Positions 1 through 12,890 are shown, counted from the first letter of the stretch. The stretch is 64,000 nucleotides of DNA from Isurus oxyrinchus (GCA_026770705.1 JANJGN010000026.1:23808001-23872000), one strand, 5' to 3'. Notes: a model not told the origin generated them from the sequence alone. Numbers and translations: made by a program.

Positions 1-1470
1 GTACACCCACTGTGCTGTTAGGAAGGGAGTTCCAGGATCTTGAACCAGCGAAAGTGAAGGGACAGTGATATATTTCCAAGTCAGGATGGTGAGTTACTTG
101 GAGGGGAACTTTCAACTGGTGGTGTTCCCATCTATCTGCTGCCCTTGACCTTCTAGATGGTATTGGTCGTGGATTTGTAAGGTGCTGCCGAAGGACCCTT
201 GGTGAATTCCTGCAGTGCATCTTGTAGGTGGTACACACTGCTGCTACTGTGTGTTGGTGGTGGAGGGAGTGAATGTTTGTGGATGTGATGCCAATCAAGC
301 AGGCTGCTTTGTCCTGGACAGTGTCAAGCTTCTTGAGCATTGTGGGAGCTGCACTCATCTTACACAAGTGAAGAGTATTCCATCATACTCCTGACTTGTA
401 CCTTTTAGATGGTGGACAGGCTTTGGGGAGTCAGGAGGTGAGTTACTCCTCGCATGATTCCGAGCCTCTGTCCTGCTCTTGTAGCCACAGCATTTATATG
501 GCTAGTCCAGTTCAGTTTCTGGTCAATGGTAACCCGCAGAATGTTGATAGTGGGGAATGCAATGATGGTAATGCCGTTGAACATCAAGGGGAAATGGTTG
601 GATTGTCTCTTGTTGGAGATGTTCATTACCCGGCACTTGTGTGACTTGAATGTTACTTGCCACTTGTCACCCTAAGCCTGGATTTGTTGCATTTGGACAT
701 GGACTGCTTCAGTATCCAAAGGGTCATGGAACATTGTGCAAACATCAGTGAACATCCCTACTTCTGACCTTATGATGGAAGGAAGGTCCATTGATGAAGC
801 AGCTGAAGATTGTTGAGCTGAGGAACCTTAAGGAACTCCTGCAGTGATGTCCTGGAGCTGAGACGACTGACCTTCAACAACCACAACCATCTTCCTTTGT
901 GCTAGCTATGACTCCAACCAGCGGAGAGTTTTCCTCATGATTCCCATTGACTTCAGTTTTGCTTGGGCTCCTTGATGCTACACTCGGTCAAATGCGGCCT
1001 TGATGTCAAGGGCAATCACTCTCACCTCACCACGGGAGTTCAGATCTCTTGTCCATGTTTGAACTAATGCTGTAATGAGGTCAGGAGCTGAGTGGCCCTG
1101 GCGGAACGTAAACTGGACGTCAATGAGTAGGTTATTGCCAAGCACGTGCTGCTGTTGATGACCTCCACAAGTCTTCAGCACTATTGCTGGAGTGTTGAGA
1201 AGGCCTATAGCCTTTGTAGTATCTTGTGCCTTGACATCACATGGAATGAATCGAATTGGCTGAAAGCTGGCATTTGTAATGCTTGGGACCGCCGGAGGAA
1301 GCCGAGATGGATCATCCACTCGGCAATTCTGGCTGAAGATTGTAGCAAATGCTTCAGCCTAATCTATTGTACTGATGTTCTTGGCTCCTCCATCATTGAG
1401 GATGGAGATATTTGTGGAATCTCCTCCTCCAGTGAGTTGTTTAATTGTCCACCATCATTCTTGACTGGAT
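1..1470 (-). mobile_element. CR1/L2-clade LINE fragment (RT and 3' part of ORF2), decayed
   Basis: Minus ORFs 978-1319 (QFTFRQGHSAPDLITALVQTW...VIALDIKAAFDRV) and 405-626 (VTIDQKLNWTSHINAVATRAGQRLG) are non-LTR RT motifs; frameshifted; same family as 6815-8280. Confidence 0.9.
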
Positions 1471-1479
1471 GTGGCATTT

Positions 1480-2240
1480 TGGTAGGAAGAACATGGAGAG
1501 ACAATATGAAATAAAGATACAATTGTTCAGGGGGTGCAGGAGCAGAGAGACTTGGGTGTATGTGTGCATAAATCATTAAAGGTGGCAGGACAGGTGGAGA
1601 GAGCAGTTCATAAAGCATACAGTCTCTTGGGCTTTATCAATAGGGGCATAGATTACAAGAGCAAGTAGGTTATACTGAGCTTATATATGACATTATTTAG
1701 ATCTCAGTTGAAGTACTGTGTACAGTTCTGGGCACTACAGGAAGGATGTGAACGCATTGGAGAGAGTGCAGAAGAGATTCACGAGAATGGTTCCAGGGAT
1801 GAGAAACTTCAGTTATGAAGATAGAGGTTGGGACTGCTCTCCTTGGAGAGGAGAAGGTTAAGAGGATATTTGATAGAGATGTTCAAAATCATGAGGGGGC
1901 GGTATAGAATTGATAAGGAGAAACGTTTCCACTTGTAAAAGGATCGAGAATGAGGGGGCACAGATTTAAAGTGATTTGCAAAAGAAGCAATTGTGACATG
2001 AGAAAAAATTTTTTCACACAGTGAGTGGTTCAAGTCTGGAATTGGAATGCACTGCCTAGAAATGTAGTGGAGGCAGGTTCAATTAAGGCATTCAAGAGGA
2101 CAGTAGATGATTATTTGAATAGAAACAATGTGTGAGGGTGCAGGGAAAAGGCAAGAGAATGGTGCTCAGTCAATGCTTATTTGGAGAGCCCTGCAGACAT
2201 GATGGCTGAATGGTTTGCTTCTGCATCATAACATTCTGTG
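1480..2240 (+). mobile_element. CR1 LINE 3' end
   Basis: Typical CR1 ORF2 C-terminal nucleotide motifs (agagacttgggt..., ttctccttggagaggagaagg..., gtggaggcagg) and 3' tail 'gctgaatggtttgcttctgcatcataacattct'. Confidence 0.85.
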
Positions 2241-2259
2241 GTTATGTTTCAGAAAGTTA

Positions 2260-2640
2260 GTGCATGGGTCCTCTGTCATAGTGCTCTCCTGGATGTGAAT
2301 AACAGCATCGATAACTTCCTATGGTCAAATGTGAGCCTACTGGTATGTCACCAAGTAGCATGCATGATTGAATCTTCTTCCACACACACATTTATACAGC
2401 CTCTCACCAGCCGGAATGTACCCATTGTGCAACAAATCCTTTGAAAATTTAAATCTGGAATATTTATAGGTGGGAAAACTGAGTAAATCACATCACACAC
2501 ATGAAGTATCTGAACGGTCTCCCTCTCACGTGACTGCGCTGGTGTGTCAGAAAGAAGGATGGCTGAGTGAATCCCTTTCCACATACAGCTGGTGAACAGC
2601 CTTTCTGCATTGTGAATGTATCCACGAGTTAACAGGGAAT
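2260..2640 (-). pseudogene. Degenerate C2H2 zinc-finger remnants
   Basis: Finger-like nucleotide motifs (gtgaatccctttccacatacagctggtgaacagcct); ORF 2348-2659 contains HNAERLFTSCMWKG. Confidence 0.65.
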
Positions 2641-3314
2641 TGAATGTCACCCCAGTCAACAGTAACTACAGCATGTTGTATATAGCATCTTAGCCATAGT
2701 AAAAAGTTTCAAATTCCTTTACAGCTGTGTTAACAATCCCCACATTAGTGGGTAGATTCCCCATACCTCTGTGCTTGTGTCTCCAATTTGGTCCCCAGAA
2801 CACTGCCATCATTTCCATCCAAAATTGAAATGCACATATTTTGCCAAGGTAAGTGGTCAATTGCGTGGTGTAACACCCCAGTGGTTGTAAGCAGCAGATC
2901 CTCTGGTTCAGTATGAGATGTGCCTTGTTAGATGGGCTAGGAATGTAATATAAACACAGCCTGACAGATGCTTCATCAACTCCAAGTCACAGTCCACAGT
3001 TAAATGATCTGAGGGCCAAATGGACTCCTTGAACTCTCTCATTGCATATTGCTTGATAAGAATGAGATCACAACTATCTGATCCATCTTTTATCAACTGG
3101 AGATAGGTCATTCAGCCCTTCGAACCTGCTCTGCCATTCAGTCAGATCAATTCATCTCCTCTGAACTTGAGAGACAAATTCCTGAACAGTTAGCTCCAGC
3201 CAGTTATAGGGGTTATTAACAGCAGCAGAAATAAATGCAAATTGTCCAAATGAACATGGTTCAGACCTGGATGTGATTAACAACTGCAATAACAAGAGAA
3301 TCCACCTCCAGAAG

Positions 3315-3767
3315 TTATTTGTGAACTCGTTGGTGCCTCATTAGGTTTTGTGACTGAGTGAATCTCTTCCCACACATGGAGCAGGTGAACGGCCTCTCCC
3401 CGGTGTGAACTCGCTGGTGTGTCAGAAGGTCAGATGAATTAGTGAATCCCTTCCCACACATGGAGCAGGTGAACGGCTTTTCCCCAGTGTGACCACGCTT
3501 GTGTTTCAGGAGGTGAGATGAACTGCTGAATCCCTTCATACACACAGAGCAGATGAATGGTCGCTCCTCAGTGTGAATTCGCTGGTGCGTGGGTAGGTTG
3601 AATGATCGATTAAATCCCTTCCCACACATGGAGCAGGTGAACGGTCTCTCCCCAGTGTGACTGCGTTGATGACTTTCCAGTTGGGATGGAGATCTGAATG
3701 CCTTCCTGCAACCCCCACACTTCCATGGTTTCTCGACCTTGTGATTCTCCAGGTTGGCTGATTCCAT
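3315..3767 (-). CDS. C2H2 zinc-finger protein, 5 tandem fingers
   Basis: Open 150-aa ORF with five CxxC-12-HxxxH fingers and TGE(R/K)PF linkers; splice acceptor (ctttttcag|g) at 3795/3794 just upstream. Confidence 0.9.
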   Translation of the reverse strand: MESANLENHKVEKPWKCGGCRKAFRSPSQLESHQRSHTGERPFTCSMCGKGFNRSFNLPTHQRIHTEERPFICSVCMKGFSSSSHLLKHKRGHTGEKPFTCSMCGKGFTNSSDLLTHQRVHTGERPFTCSMCGKRFTQSQNLMRHQRVHK

Positions 3768-4433
3768 GTCATCAGATCCTCCCTTTCAAATATCCTGAAA
3801 AAGGAGTTTACAAACATCAGCACTGTCAAGACAGGATAGAAATTCAGAACAGAAAATTCTAGTTTCATGTTTTCCTCACGTGTTCCTGCAAAGCAGTAAA
3901 TCCTCATGCCACACACTTTCCCCCTCCCTTTGCTGGAATCCAAACCCAGGGTTACCAACTATTCAGTATTTTATGGGATTGTCCCTTATTTGAGTTAACT
4001 GTCCCAGGCTGCATAGTGCAAGGATGATGTTTGTCCCATAAATTGGACCTGTATTGAACCTTATCCAAACTGTTCTGGCAGCCATACCTCATCCCCACCC
4101 ACCCTCACAGCGCTGGCAGCACCCCACTCAACAGCCTCCCTCAACACACACATATGGACCCATGGCAGGCTGTCCCTTAATTATATCTGTGAGAGTTGCT
4201 CACCCTGCCAAACCCATCACATCATTTCCATCATCCTTTGCTCTGCTCCCAGTTATCTCCCTCCACTCTGGCTGGGTTCAGTTCTGAAGCTGCTCCGTGC
4301 AGGTGAGAATAGAATCAATGAATCAATCATTTTCTCTCCTGGTCACAGGAACCCTGAAGCCCCGCTTCACCAAGATGGCTGCACAGAGAGATTTTAACTG
4401 CAAATGCGGGACCTGCAGGTTCTTATTGGGAAC

Positions 4434-4610
4434 AAAAACAAAAATACTTGGAAAAACTCAGCAAGTCTGGCAGCATCTGAGGTGAGGAACACAGTTAACG
4501 TTTCGAGTCCAAATGTCTGTGTTCCTCTCCGCAGATGCTGCCAGACTTGTTGAGTTTTTCCAGGTATTTTTGGTTTGGATTTCCAGCAGCCACAGTTTTT
4601 TTCTTTTATC
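4434..4610. mobile_element. Penelope-like element terminal inverted (hairpin) fragment
   Basis: About 55-bp arms, near-perfect inverted repeat (aaaaatacttggaaaaactcagcaagtctggcagcatctg...cacag / ctgtg...cagatgctgccagacttgttgagtttttccaggtattttt); matches the termini of elements at 13.6 kb and 37.8-38.7 kb. Confidence 0.8.
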
Positions 4611-4969
4611 TTGGTTCTTATTGGGAGTTTGTTACCCCAAAGCTGTAAATCCCCATCTCACACACTCTCCCTCCTCCCTGGGCTGAAATCCAAACCCATC
4701 TCACAATTTCCTTCCTCCACTCCCAGTTTTTTCCCTCCCTTCCCCCCGCCTGGGTTCAGTTCTCCAGCTCCTGTCTGCAGACTGATAATAAAATCAATGA
4801 GTCCTATTGCGGGTCTGGGGCCTCCACCGGGTGTTTCTGAATCCTCCCTGCCCACCTCCCAGGGTTTCCTTCCTTCCCACAGATCAGATTCCTCACTGAT
4901 TTGAGCCCAAAGTGTAACCTCTTATTTATTGTCGCCCCTCCCCTCCCCCATCCTCTGATGTGACCCACT

Positions 4970-5610
4970 CGCTGACCCAAGATGGCGGCCGTTAACCTGG
5001 ACCTGTTCCCGGTAGGGAGAAGCCCCGCAGCTGATAATTATTCATAACGGTTACTCCAGCTCACAATGCCCGGGGAGTGATTGACGGGGGAGACGGACCA
5101 ATGGGAAGAGGGGATGAAGCTGGAGGCCCGAACGAGAGCGGCTGGTCCTCCAATCGGAGTGAATGAGGGGCGTGGTTGAGCCCATTGCTCCCTTATTTGT
5201 CTCCGCAGGCGCCCCGGCTGCACATTGTCCCAGATAAAGGTGGCGGCCGTTAAACCGGGCCTGTCTCGGGTAATGGCCCGAGCAGTTGCAGCCGGTTCAA
5301 ATATCGTACCCAAGCTTCGTATTCGAGGCTTGGGGCCCTCACAGGGTGTTTGTGAAGCCTCCCAGCCCACTCGCCGGCTCCATCCCTCCCTCATGACCCA
5401 CCCGGCAGTATTTTACCAGCCGAGAATTCCAACACAAATAACCTCAACTCTCTACCATCACCCGCACTGCGCATGCTCCAACTCACTATGCCCGACTGAT
5501 CGGAGGCCGATCTGGACCAATAGAAATAGGGGGCGGATCTGGAGGACCGAGCGGGAGCGGCTGGTCCTCCAACCAATTGGAGTGAATGAGGGGCGGGGCT
5601 GAGCCCGGAT
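4970..5610. promoter_or_regulatory. CpG-rich promoter of the ZNF gene: YY1, CCAAT, GC-box and NRF1-like motifs
   Basis: CAAGATGGCGGC (YY1 consensus) at 4978-4989; duplicated CCAAT/GC-box modules at ~5095-5185 and ~5514-5606; TGCGCATGC at ~5468; high CpG content. Confidence 0.7.
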
Positions 5611-6533
5611 CTCTGCATCATTTTGGAAGCTGATTTGTCGCAAACTCCAGGAGAAAATTGGACCTTTCTGTTTGTGGCTTTAAACAGATGAAACCCTGTG
5701 GTTGTGAAGCAAACATTTCAATATTTATTAATGAAATATGTGAACATGATGAAACAATGTAGAAACAATTGAAGGGCTGAATTAAAGGAATGACTGGGCA
5801 GACAGGGAATGTCACAATTGGAACAAGGAGAGTCCCTGGTTTCAATAAATGAACCTGCAGAAGGTTTAGGACAGGTTAAGGAGAAGGTTAATATTGTCAT
5901 CATTCAGAACAACACAAAGTATAAAGGAACAACTGATCCCAAACACAATCTGTTCTAGTATGTGTGGAGAGGATGTACTGAATCAGGTTTAAAGGGGTTA
6001 AATGATATATGTTTTCTAGATTAGGCGTTAAAATCTGAAACTCAGGAGGATATGAATTGGTGCTGAGGAGGGCGGGTTGGAAGTGGAGGAGGTCTAGATC
6101 AGTGTATTACTCCAGGGAGCCTTAAAATCAGAGTGCCAGTATTTCAGAATTGATTCCTGTAGGGTAAGACTGATGGAAGGATTTCAAGTGGAGACCATAG
6201 ATGTGTTGGAGGATTACGTGCACAAGGAATTTGTGAATTATCTGAGGATAATAGTGAGGGGAAAGGAAGGGATCTGAAAAGCACCAAACATTTCAAATAT
6301 TATTTATTATTGCTGATACTTCATGTTGTTCCAGGGAAATGGGGCCTGGTTGTATCAGTGTCAGATTTTACACAGCATGCTGTTGGCCTGTGATTACACC
6401 ATGGATGAAGAATCTCTGAATGGTACCATTCAAATTACTCAGCTGGAGCTCTCGGGAGCCACATTGTCTGCTCAAACAGAGGAAGGTTTGTGTTATATCT
6501 ATTGAGAAGCAGCACTCAGACTCACAGGCATCC

Positions 6534-6571
6534 ACACACATAGACCTGCACGCACACACACACACATACAT

Positions 6572-6610
<39 letters not shown>

Positions 6611-6639
6611 CACACAGACACACACACACACACACACAC
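6534..6639. repeat. (CA)n microsatellite
   Basis: Directly visible. Confidence 0.95.
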
Positions 6640-6814
6640 CCTTGAATGCAAAACCACACAGGCACAACCAGAGAACCACATTTACATGCAGAAACACAGG
6701 AATAGTTGCTTGGTGGTACAGAACTTGAGTATTGCTGAAAAGAGACATGTCTAAGCTTTTTGTCTTGCACTCAAGCATTGTTTGAAATTTGAACCAGGCA
6801 GCTTTTTATTTTTA

Positions 6815-8280
6815 CACATTAATGGGGTGTGGATGTCACTGGCCAGGCCAGCATTTATTGCCCATCACTAATTGCCCTTGAGAAGGTGGTGCTGAGCTGC
6901 CTTCTTGAATTGCTGCAGTCCCTGTGCTGTATGCACACCCACAGTGCTGTTAGGGATGGAGTTCCAGGATTTTGACCCAGTGACGTGAAAGAACAGCGAT
7001 ATATTTCAGGATGGTGAGTGGCTTGGAGGGGAACTTCCAGGTGGTGATGTTCCCATTTATCTGCTGCCCTTGTCCTTCTAGATGGTAGCGGCCGTGGGAT
7101 TGGAAGGTTTTACCTAAGGAGCTTATGTGAGTTCCTGCTGTGCATCCTATGGGTGGTACACACTGCTGCCACTGTTCATCGGTTGTAGCGGGAGTGAATG
7201 TTTGTGGTATTGTTGCCAATCAAGTGAGCTGCTTTGTCCTTAATGGTGTCAAGCTTCTTGGATGTCATTGAAGCTGTACGCAAACAGGCAAGTGGAGAAT
7301 ATTCTATCACACTCCTGACTTGTGCCTTGTTGGTGGTTGACCCATTTTGGGGAGTCAGGAGGTGAGTTACTCACCACAGGGTTCTTGGCCTCTGACCTGT
7401 TCTTGCAGCCACAGTAGTTATATGGCTACTCCAGTTCAGTTGCTGGTCAATGGCAATCCCCAGGATGTTGATAGTGGGGAATTCAGTGATGGTAATGTCA
7501 CTGAATGTCAAGGGGCGGGTGGGGGTTGTGGGGGGGCGGGGGGGCGGGTGGGGGTGGGGGTGTCGGTGCCTGGGTGTGGGGTGGGATGGTTAGATTCTCT
7601 CTTGTTCTCTTGTTAGAGATGGTCATTGCCTGGCACTTGTGTGGTGCGAATGTTACTTGCCACTTGTCAGCCTGTGCCTAGATATTGCACAGGTCTTGCT
7701 GCATTTGGACACAGACTGCATCAGTTTCTGAAGAGTCACGAATGGTGCTGAAAATTGTGCAATCATCAGCAAACATCCCCACTTCTGACCTTATGATCGA
7801 AGTAAGATCATTGATGATGCAGCTGGAGATTTTTGGGCCCAGGACACTACCCTGAGGAACTTCTGTGGTGACGTCCTGGAACTGAGATGATTGACCTCAT
7901 ACAAGCACAACCATCTTCCTTTGTGCTAGGTATGACTCCAACCAGAGGAGACCTTTCCCCCTGAGCCCAGTTATGTTTGGGCTGGTTGATGCCGCACTAA
8001 GTCAAATGCTGCCTTGATGTCAAGGGCAGTCACTCTCACCTCACATCTGGAGTTCAGCTCTTTCATCTATGTTTGAACTAAGGCTGTAAAGCGGTCAGAA
8101 TCTGAGTGGCCCCGGCGGAACTCAAACTGTGCGTCATTAAGCAGGTTATAGCGAAGCAAGTGCTACTTGATAGCACTGTTCATGACCCCTTCCATCACTT
8201 TACTGATGATCGGGAATAGATTGATAAGGCGGTAATTGAGTGTGTTGGAGTTGTCATGCTTTTTGTGCACAGGACATACC
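6815..8280 (-). mobile_element. CR1/L2-clade LINE 3' portion (same family as 1-1470)
   Basis: Collinear similarity to 1-1150; 3' tail 'gccagcatttattgcccat' at ~6847. Confidence 0.9.
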
Positions 8281-8282
8281 TG

Positions 8283-8598
8283 TGCCCTCATTGATCAAGG
8301 AATTTCCCTGAGGACTGAATCAGCGAATGGCTGTCACCTATTCTGTTTCACTGAAATGTGTGTACATGTTCTTTCTGTCTGCAAAGTGCAAGGGCCTCTG
8401 TATTAACATCTGCAGGTTCCAGTACATGCAAAGGTGCCACACTGTGAGCCGAACTGACAATCTTAAATTGGTTGTCAGCATAATTCTGAGCACACAAAGG
8501 ATTATTTAGCAAATATTGTCCAATCACCGAATCGTTTCTAATCTTGGACACAGTATTGTGTTTTGCAAGCACATGCTGCTTGGGTACAGTCTGTACCA
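8283..8598 (-). mobile_element. Penelope-like element GIY-YIG fragment (inverted copy)
   Basis: ORF 8348-8599 DSVIGQYLLNNPLCAQNYADNQFKIVS is nearly identical to + strand ORF 8775-9299. Confidence 0.85.
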
Positions 8599-8599
8599 T

Positions 8600-9352
8600 T
8601 TCGGTGCCAGTGTGATGCTAGGTATGTAGGCTATATGTCCCAAAGACTGGCGATATTCACTTCTCCCTCATATACATCCACCAGTCTTTGGGATGTACAG
8701 CCTACATACCTACATATCATTTCAGTGCCAGTGTGATGCAAGGTATGTAGGCCATACATCTCAAGCACTGGTGGATGATATCAAACAGCATGTCCCAGCC
8801 ACTGTTTGCAACGGGCAGGGTACAGACTGTACCCAGGCAGCATGTGCTTGCAAAACTCAATACTGTGTCCAAGATTAGAAACGATTCTGTGATTGGACAA
8901 TATTTGCTAAATAATCCTCCGTGTGCTCAGAATTATGCTGACAACCAATTTACGATTGTTAGCAAGGCTCACAGTGTGGCACATTTGCGTGTTCTGGAAG
9001 CTACATATATTAATACAAAGAACCCTGTAATTTGCAGAAAGAAAGAACATGTACATGCATGGTGCCTGTTTCAGCTAAACAAAGTAAGTGACAATCATTC
9101 GTTAACTCATTCCTCAGGGCAATGCCTTAATGAATCGGGGTCAAGCTGCCTGGTTTTAATTTCAAACAATGCTTGGCAGTTGACTGTCAGTCACCATCAC
9201 TTGTGCATTTTCCATGGCAACGCCACTTGCCAACCAATCAGTACTCTCTTCACATACAGTATAAATCGTTATTTCCCCCTTATATTGATATTCTTGTGAG
9301 TCTCCTGATGAGTGCTAGATGAAAAGCTTAGACATGTCTCATTTTTCAGCAG
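8600..9352 (+). mobile_element. Penelope-like element 3' end: GIY-YIG endonuclease remnant plus hammerhead-containing tail
   Basis: FQCQCDARYVGHTSQ...IKQHVP...DSVIGQYLLNN...LRVLEATYI motifs; CTGATGA..GAAAAGCTT at 9305-9329. Confidence 0.85.
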
Positions 9353-10043
9353 AACACAGGAATACTTCATGTCCCATCAGATGGACAACAGCAGACAATC
9401 TAATACTGAGGATAAAGTATCGATGTCTGCAAGGGGCACAATTTTAGAGAAATTCAACTTTTTAAAAAATTCAGTCATGGGACATATTATTGCCCATTCC
9501 AGATTTCCCTTGGGAATATGGTGGCGAGCTGCCTTCTTGAACCATTGCAGTCCATGTGGTGCATTCCATCCACAGTGCTGTTAAGGAGGGAGTTCCAGGA
9601 TTTTGACTCAGTGACAGTGAAGGAATTGTGATGTGTGACTTCGAGGGGAACTTCCAGGTGATGCTGTTCCCACCAACTAAATAGTATCTTCCAGTGACTG
9701 TGAATGGTTTTGGTCATACAATTCCACTGTTTTCTCTAAACCTTAAACCAATATTGAACAACATTTGGGACATTGGAAACAACAAACAATAACACTGAGC
9801 GATCTCTTGTGACCCTGAGTAATCATTCCCTGTGGAAGATAATGTAAAATACAGGACAACATGCCTGAGTAATCACAGCATCTATCTTCTTCCTGGTATT
9901 ACAGATGATGCTGATTTCCCTATATTGATGGTCTCCTTGATGAAGAGAATTCTAAGACAGGTTACAAGGAGAAAGAATATAATGAAATTGCAAATAATCA
10001 TTTGGTAGCACAGAAGTTGTGTATTGCTGAAAAAGGACACATG

Positions 10044-10079
10044 TTGTCAAAGCTTTTCATCTTGCACTCATCAGGACAA
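10044..10079 (-). ncRNA. Minimal hammerhead ribozyme motif (second copy)
   Basis: Reverse complement reads ttgtc-CTGATGA-gtgcaagat-GAAA-agcttt-gacaa. Confidence 0.65.
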
Positions 10080-10807
10080 TTCTCAAGAGTGCCAAATGTA
10101 AAAGGAACAACAATTTATACTTCATGAGAAAAGAATGCTGATTGATTGGCAAGTGGATTCTGATTAGCAGAGGCATTGCTATGGAAAATATGCCAGTTTA
10201 CTGATGACTGACAGTTAACTGCCAAGCTTTGTTTAAATTCATACCAAGCAGGTTGACACTGATTGGTCAAGGCATTTCTATGGGCAATGAACCAGAGAAT
10301 ACTATCACCTATTTTGTTTAGTTGAACCAGGCACAATTTGTATACATGTTCTTTCTGCCAGCAAAGAACAGGACCCTGTGTATAAATGTATGTAGCTTCC
10401 AGCATGCGAAGTGCATCATGCTTCGAGTCTGGCTGATAATCTTAAATTGGTTGTCAGTGTAGTTTTTAGTGTGCTCAGGATTGTTTAGAAAATGTCCAAT
10501 TGCAGAATCACATCTTACATTGGACACTGTGTTTTGAGTTTTGCAAGCACGGACTGGTTGTGCACCGTTGGTAACTTGCCTGTTGTGAACAGCCAAAGGG
10601 ACATGCTGTTTGATACAATCCACCAGTCTTTGGAAGTACAGCCGACATACATCACATCAACACTGAAATTCATATAGCACATTATCCATTTGTGTGACAG
10701 ACAGACAGACCTTTTTAACTTGACAGCAGCATCCTGTTCATGGTGAATATCACTTGTGTTGCAACTGAATGAATTGTTGTTCCCTTTACATTTGGTACTC
10801 TTGTGAA

Positions 10808-10843
10808 TTGTCCTGATGAGTGCAAGATGAAAAGCTTCGACAA
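10808..10843 (+). ncRNA. Minimal type I hammerhead ribozyme motif (PLE-associated)
   Basis: ttgtc-CTGATGA-gtgcaagat-GAAA-agcttc-gacaa: stem I ttgtc/gacaa, intact core, palindromic AAGCTT stem III, UUC cleavage triplet. Confidence 0.7.
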
Positions 10844-11819
10844 TGTTTCTTTTTACATCAGTAATGGAAATGCTTGCACTGAACAAGAGAAAAGCTTTGA
10901 AGCTACATAAGGATATTCTTGAACCTGGAGATGGGGAATGTAGACAGAGGAGGCCAGGTGAGGAAAATTAGAACAATTCTAATAACTTTATTAAACATTT
11001 CTCATTCCTAAACACACTTACACATATTAAAACTAAGTATCTGCAAATGAAGCAGATTCTAGGAGGTCATATTGTGGAAAAGATTAGAACCTGCGAATAG
11101 AATGAATAGGTCAATGATCTGAAAGGACAGACGATGTATGTTCTTGGCCCTGAGCAGAGTGTCAGGAGATGGACTGAATACAAAGATGTTATTAAGTCTT
11201 TCAGAAGGAGATGAGATATGCAGGCATAAACTGTGAGAAAAGCAATGACAGTATTGCACAGACTCCCTGAAGAGGATTACGTCATTTACAAAATGAATTA
11301 ATAGGGTGATGTGTTCCGTTTTGGTAAACAAATAACAACAATGTGTTGAAATACCATCAAGTTAGCAAGACGTTACTAAAGTCAAAAAGGATCAATACAG
11401 ACCAAAAAAGTTTGGGGTTCTTGACCTTGTCAAGACCGATCAGATTAGAATAATGCACTCACAACTCTTTCTGATGAGTCCTCCTGTGAGTATCCAGCAA
11501 TCTCATGGTCTCTGTATGTTATGGGTTATGTAATAGAAATAAAAACATTAAACCAATGTCTCAGTGTTTCATAGTTTCCGAGCATGTTTAAAGGGATACA
11601 GAAAATTCTGTAAAAACACAAATTATGTTTAGCTTTTAGGGAGCAACACTCTAACAGTTTGAAATGAATTTCAGGATCATTGATACATACTGTATACATT
11701 ATCAGGAAATGTGTTTCCAAGCAGGAAGCAGATGAATAGCCTCTCTCCACTTTGAATTTGGCATTGTTACGGTTGTCATGATGATCAAATCCTTTTGCAC
11801 AGAGACACACACACAAAGA

Positions 11820-12091
11820 CAAACACCCTCTATGCAGTGTGAACTCACTGATGAGTCAGAAGTTTAAATGACTGATCCCTTCCCATGCACAGAGCAGGTG
11901 AACAGTCTCAGCCAGTGTGAACTCGCTGGTGTGTCCAGAAATTGGATGAATTAATGACATCTGCACAATGTTTTCCCAGTGTGAGCACGTTGGCGATTCA
12001 TCAGGTCAGTTGATTCCATGAATCCTTTCCCATACACGGAGCAAGTGAATGACTGGTCATCAGCAGGCTGCGTGACTGAGTGAATCCCTAC
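11820..12091 (-). pseudogene. Degenerate zinc-finger tail, detached 3' end of the large ZNF pseudogene
   Basis: Finger motifs (cagtgtgaactcgctggtgt, gagcaggtgaa); register continues at 14350 once the insert is removed. Confidence 0.7.
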
Positions 12092-12279
12092 TCTCACGAC
12101 TCACTGGGGATAATGTGCTTGATATGCCCCACTGTTCCCTGAACTGCGACAAATGTGAACAGTTCGATTAAAACACCAGATTTCCCCAATTCTACCTAAC
12201 TGTTTAACTTAGGTTAGCAGAATATGAGCACCAGGTTTGTAAACTTAATAAGTAAATAACTGGTCATTTCTCTCCTTCA

Positions 12280-12890
12280 TTGGCAGGGGCATAGAATATA
12301 AAAGTAAGGATATAATGTTGGAATTGTATAAAACACTGGTGAGGCCACAACTGGAATATTGTGTGCAGTTCTGGTCACCACATTACAGGAAGGGCGTAAT
12401 AGCTCTGGAGAGAGTGCAGAGGAGGTTTACAAGAACGTTGCCAGGGTTAGAAATGTGTAGTTATGAGGAGAGATTGGATAAGTTGGGATAATTTCCTTAG
12501 AACAAAGAAGGCAGAGAGGTGACTTGATTAAGGTGTACAAAATTATGAGGGGAATAGATAGAGTGAACAGGATAAAATTGTTTCCCTTGGCGGAGAACTC
12601 TAGAACCAGGGGACATAGTGGCAGAAGGTGTAGGGGGGACATGAGGAAGAACTTTTTATGCAAAGGGTAGTGGGTATCTGGAATTCGCTGCCCAAGTTGG
12701 TGCTCGAGGCAGAAACTCTAGTCTTTTTTAAAAAGCACCTGGATCTGCACCTTAAGTGCTGTAAGGTGCAGGGCTATGGGCCGGGTGCAGGAAGGTGGGA
12801 TTAGAAAGGGCACCTGGGTGTCGTTGGGCTGGCATGGACAAGATGGGCCGAATGGCCTTCTTCCATGCTGTAACTTTTCTATGGTTCTAT
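12280..12890 (+). mobile_element. CR1 LINE 3' end (nested)
   Basis: aaaacactggtgaggccacaactggaatattgtgtgcagttctgg (LVRPQLEYCVQFW) and tail gggccgaatggcct...ttctatggttctat. Confidence 0.9.

Larger units (their letters stand above)
10020..10860 (-). mobile_element. Penelope-like element (GIY-YIG remnant) with inverted terminal repeat
   Basis: Minus ORFs YVGCTSKD / IKQHVP / DSAIGHFLNNP / LEATYI; tail at 10020-10110 is inverted-repeated at ~10770-10860. Confidence 0.85.

Noticed and set aside
6368-6778. Cys/Val- and His/Thr-rich ORFs
   Set aside because: Translations of the (CA)n microsatellite
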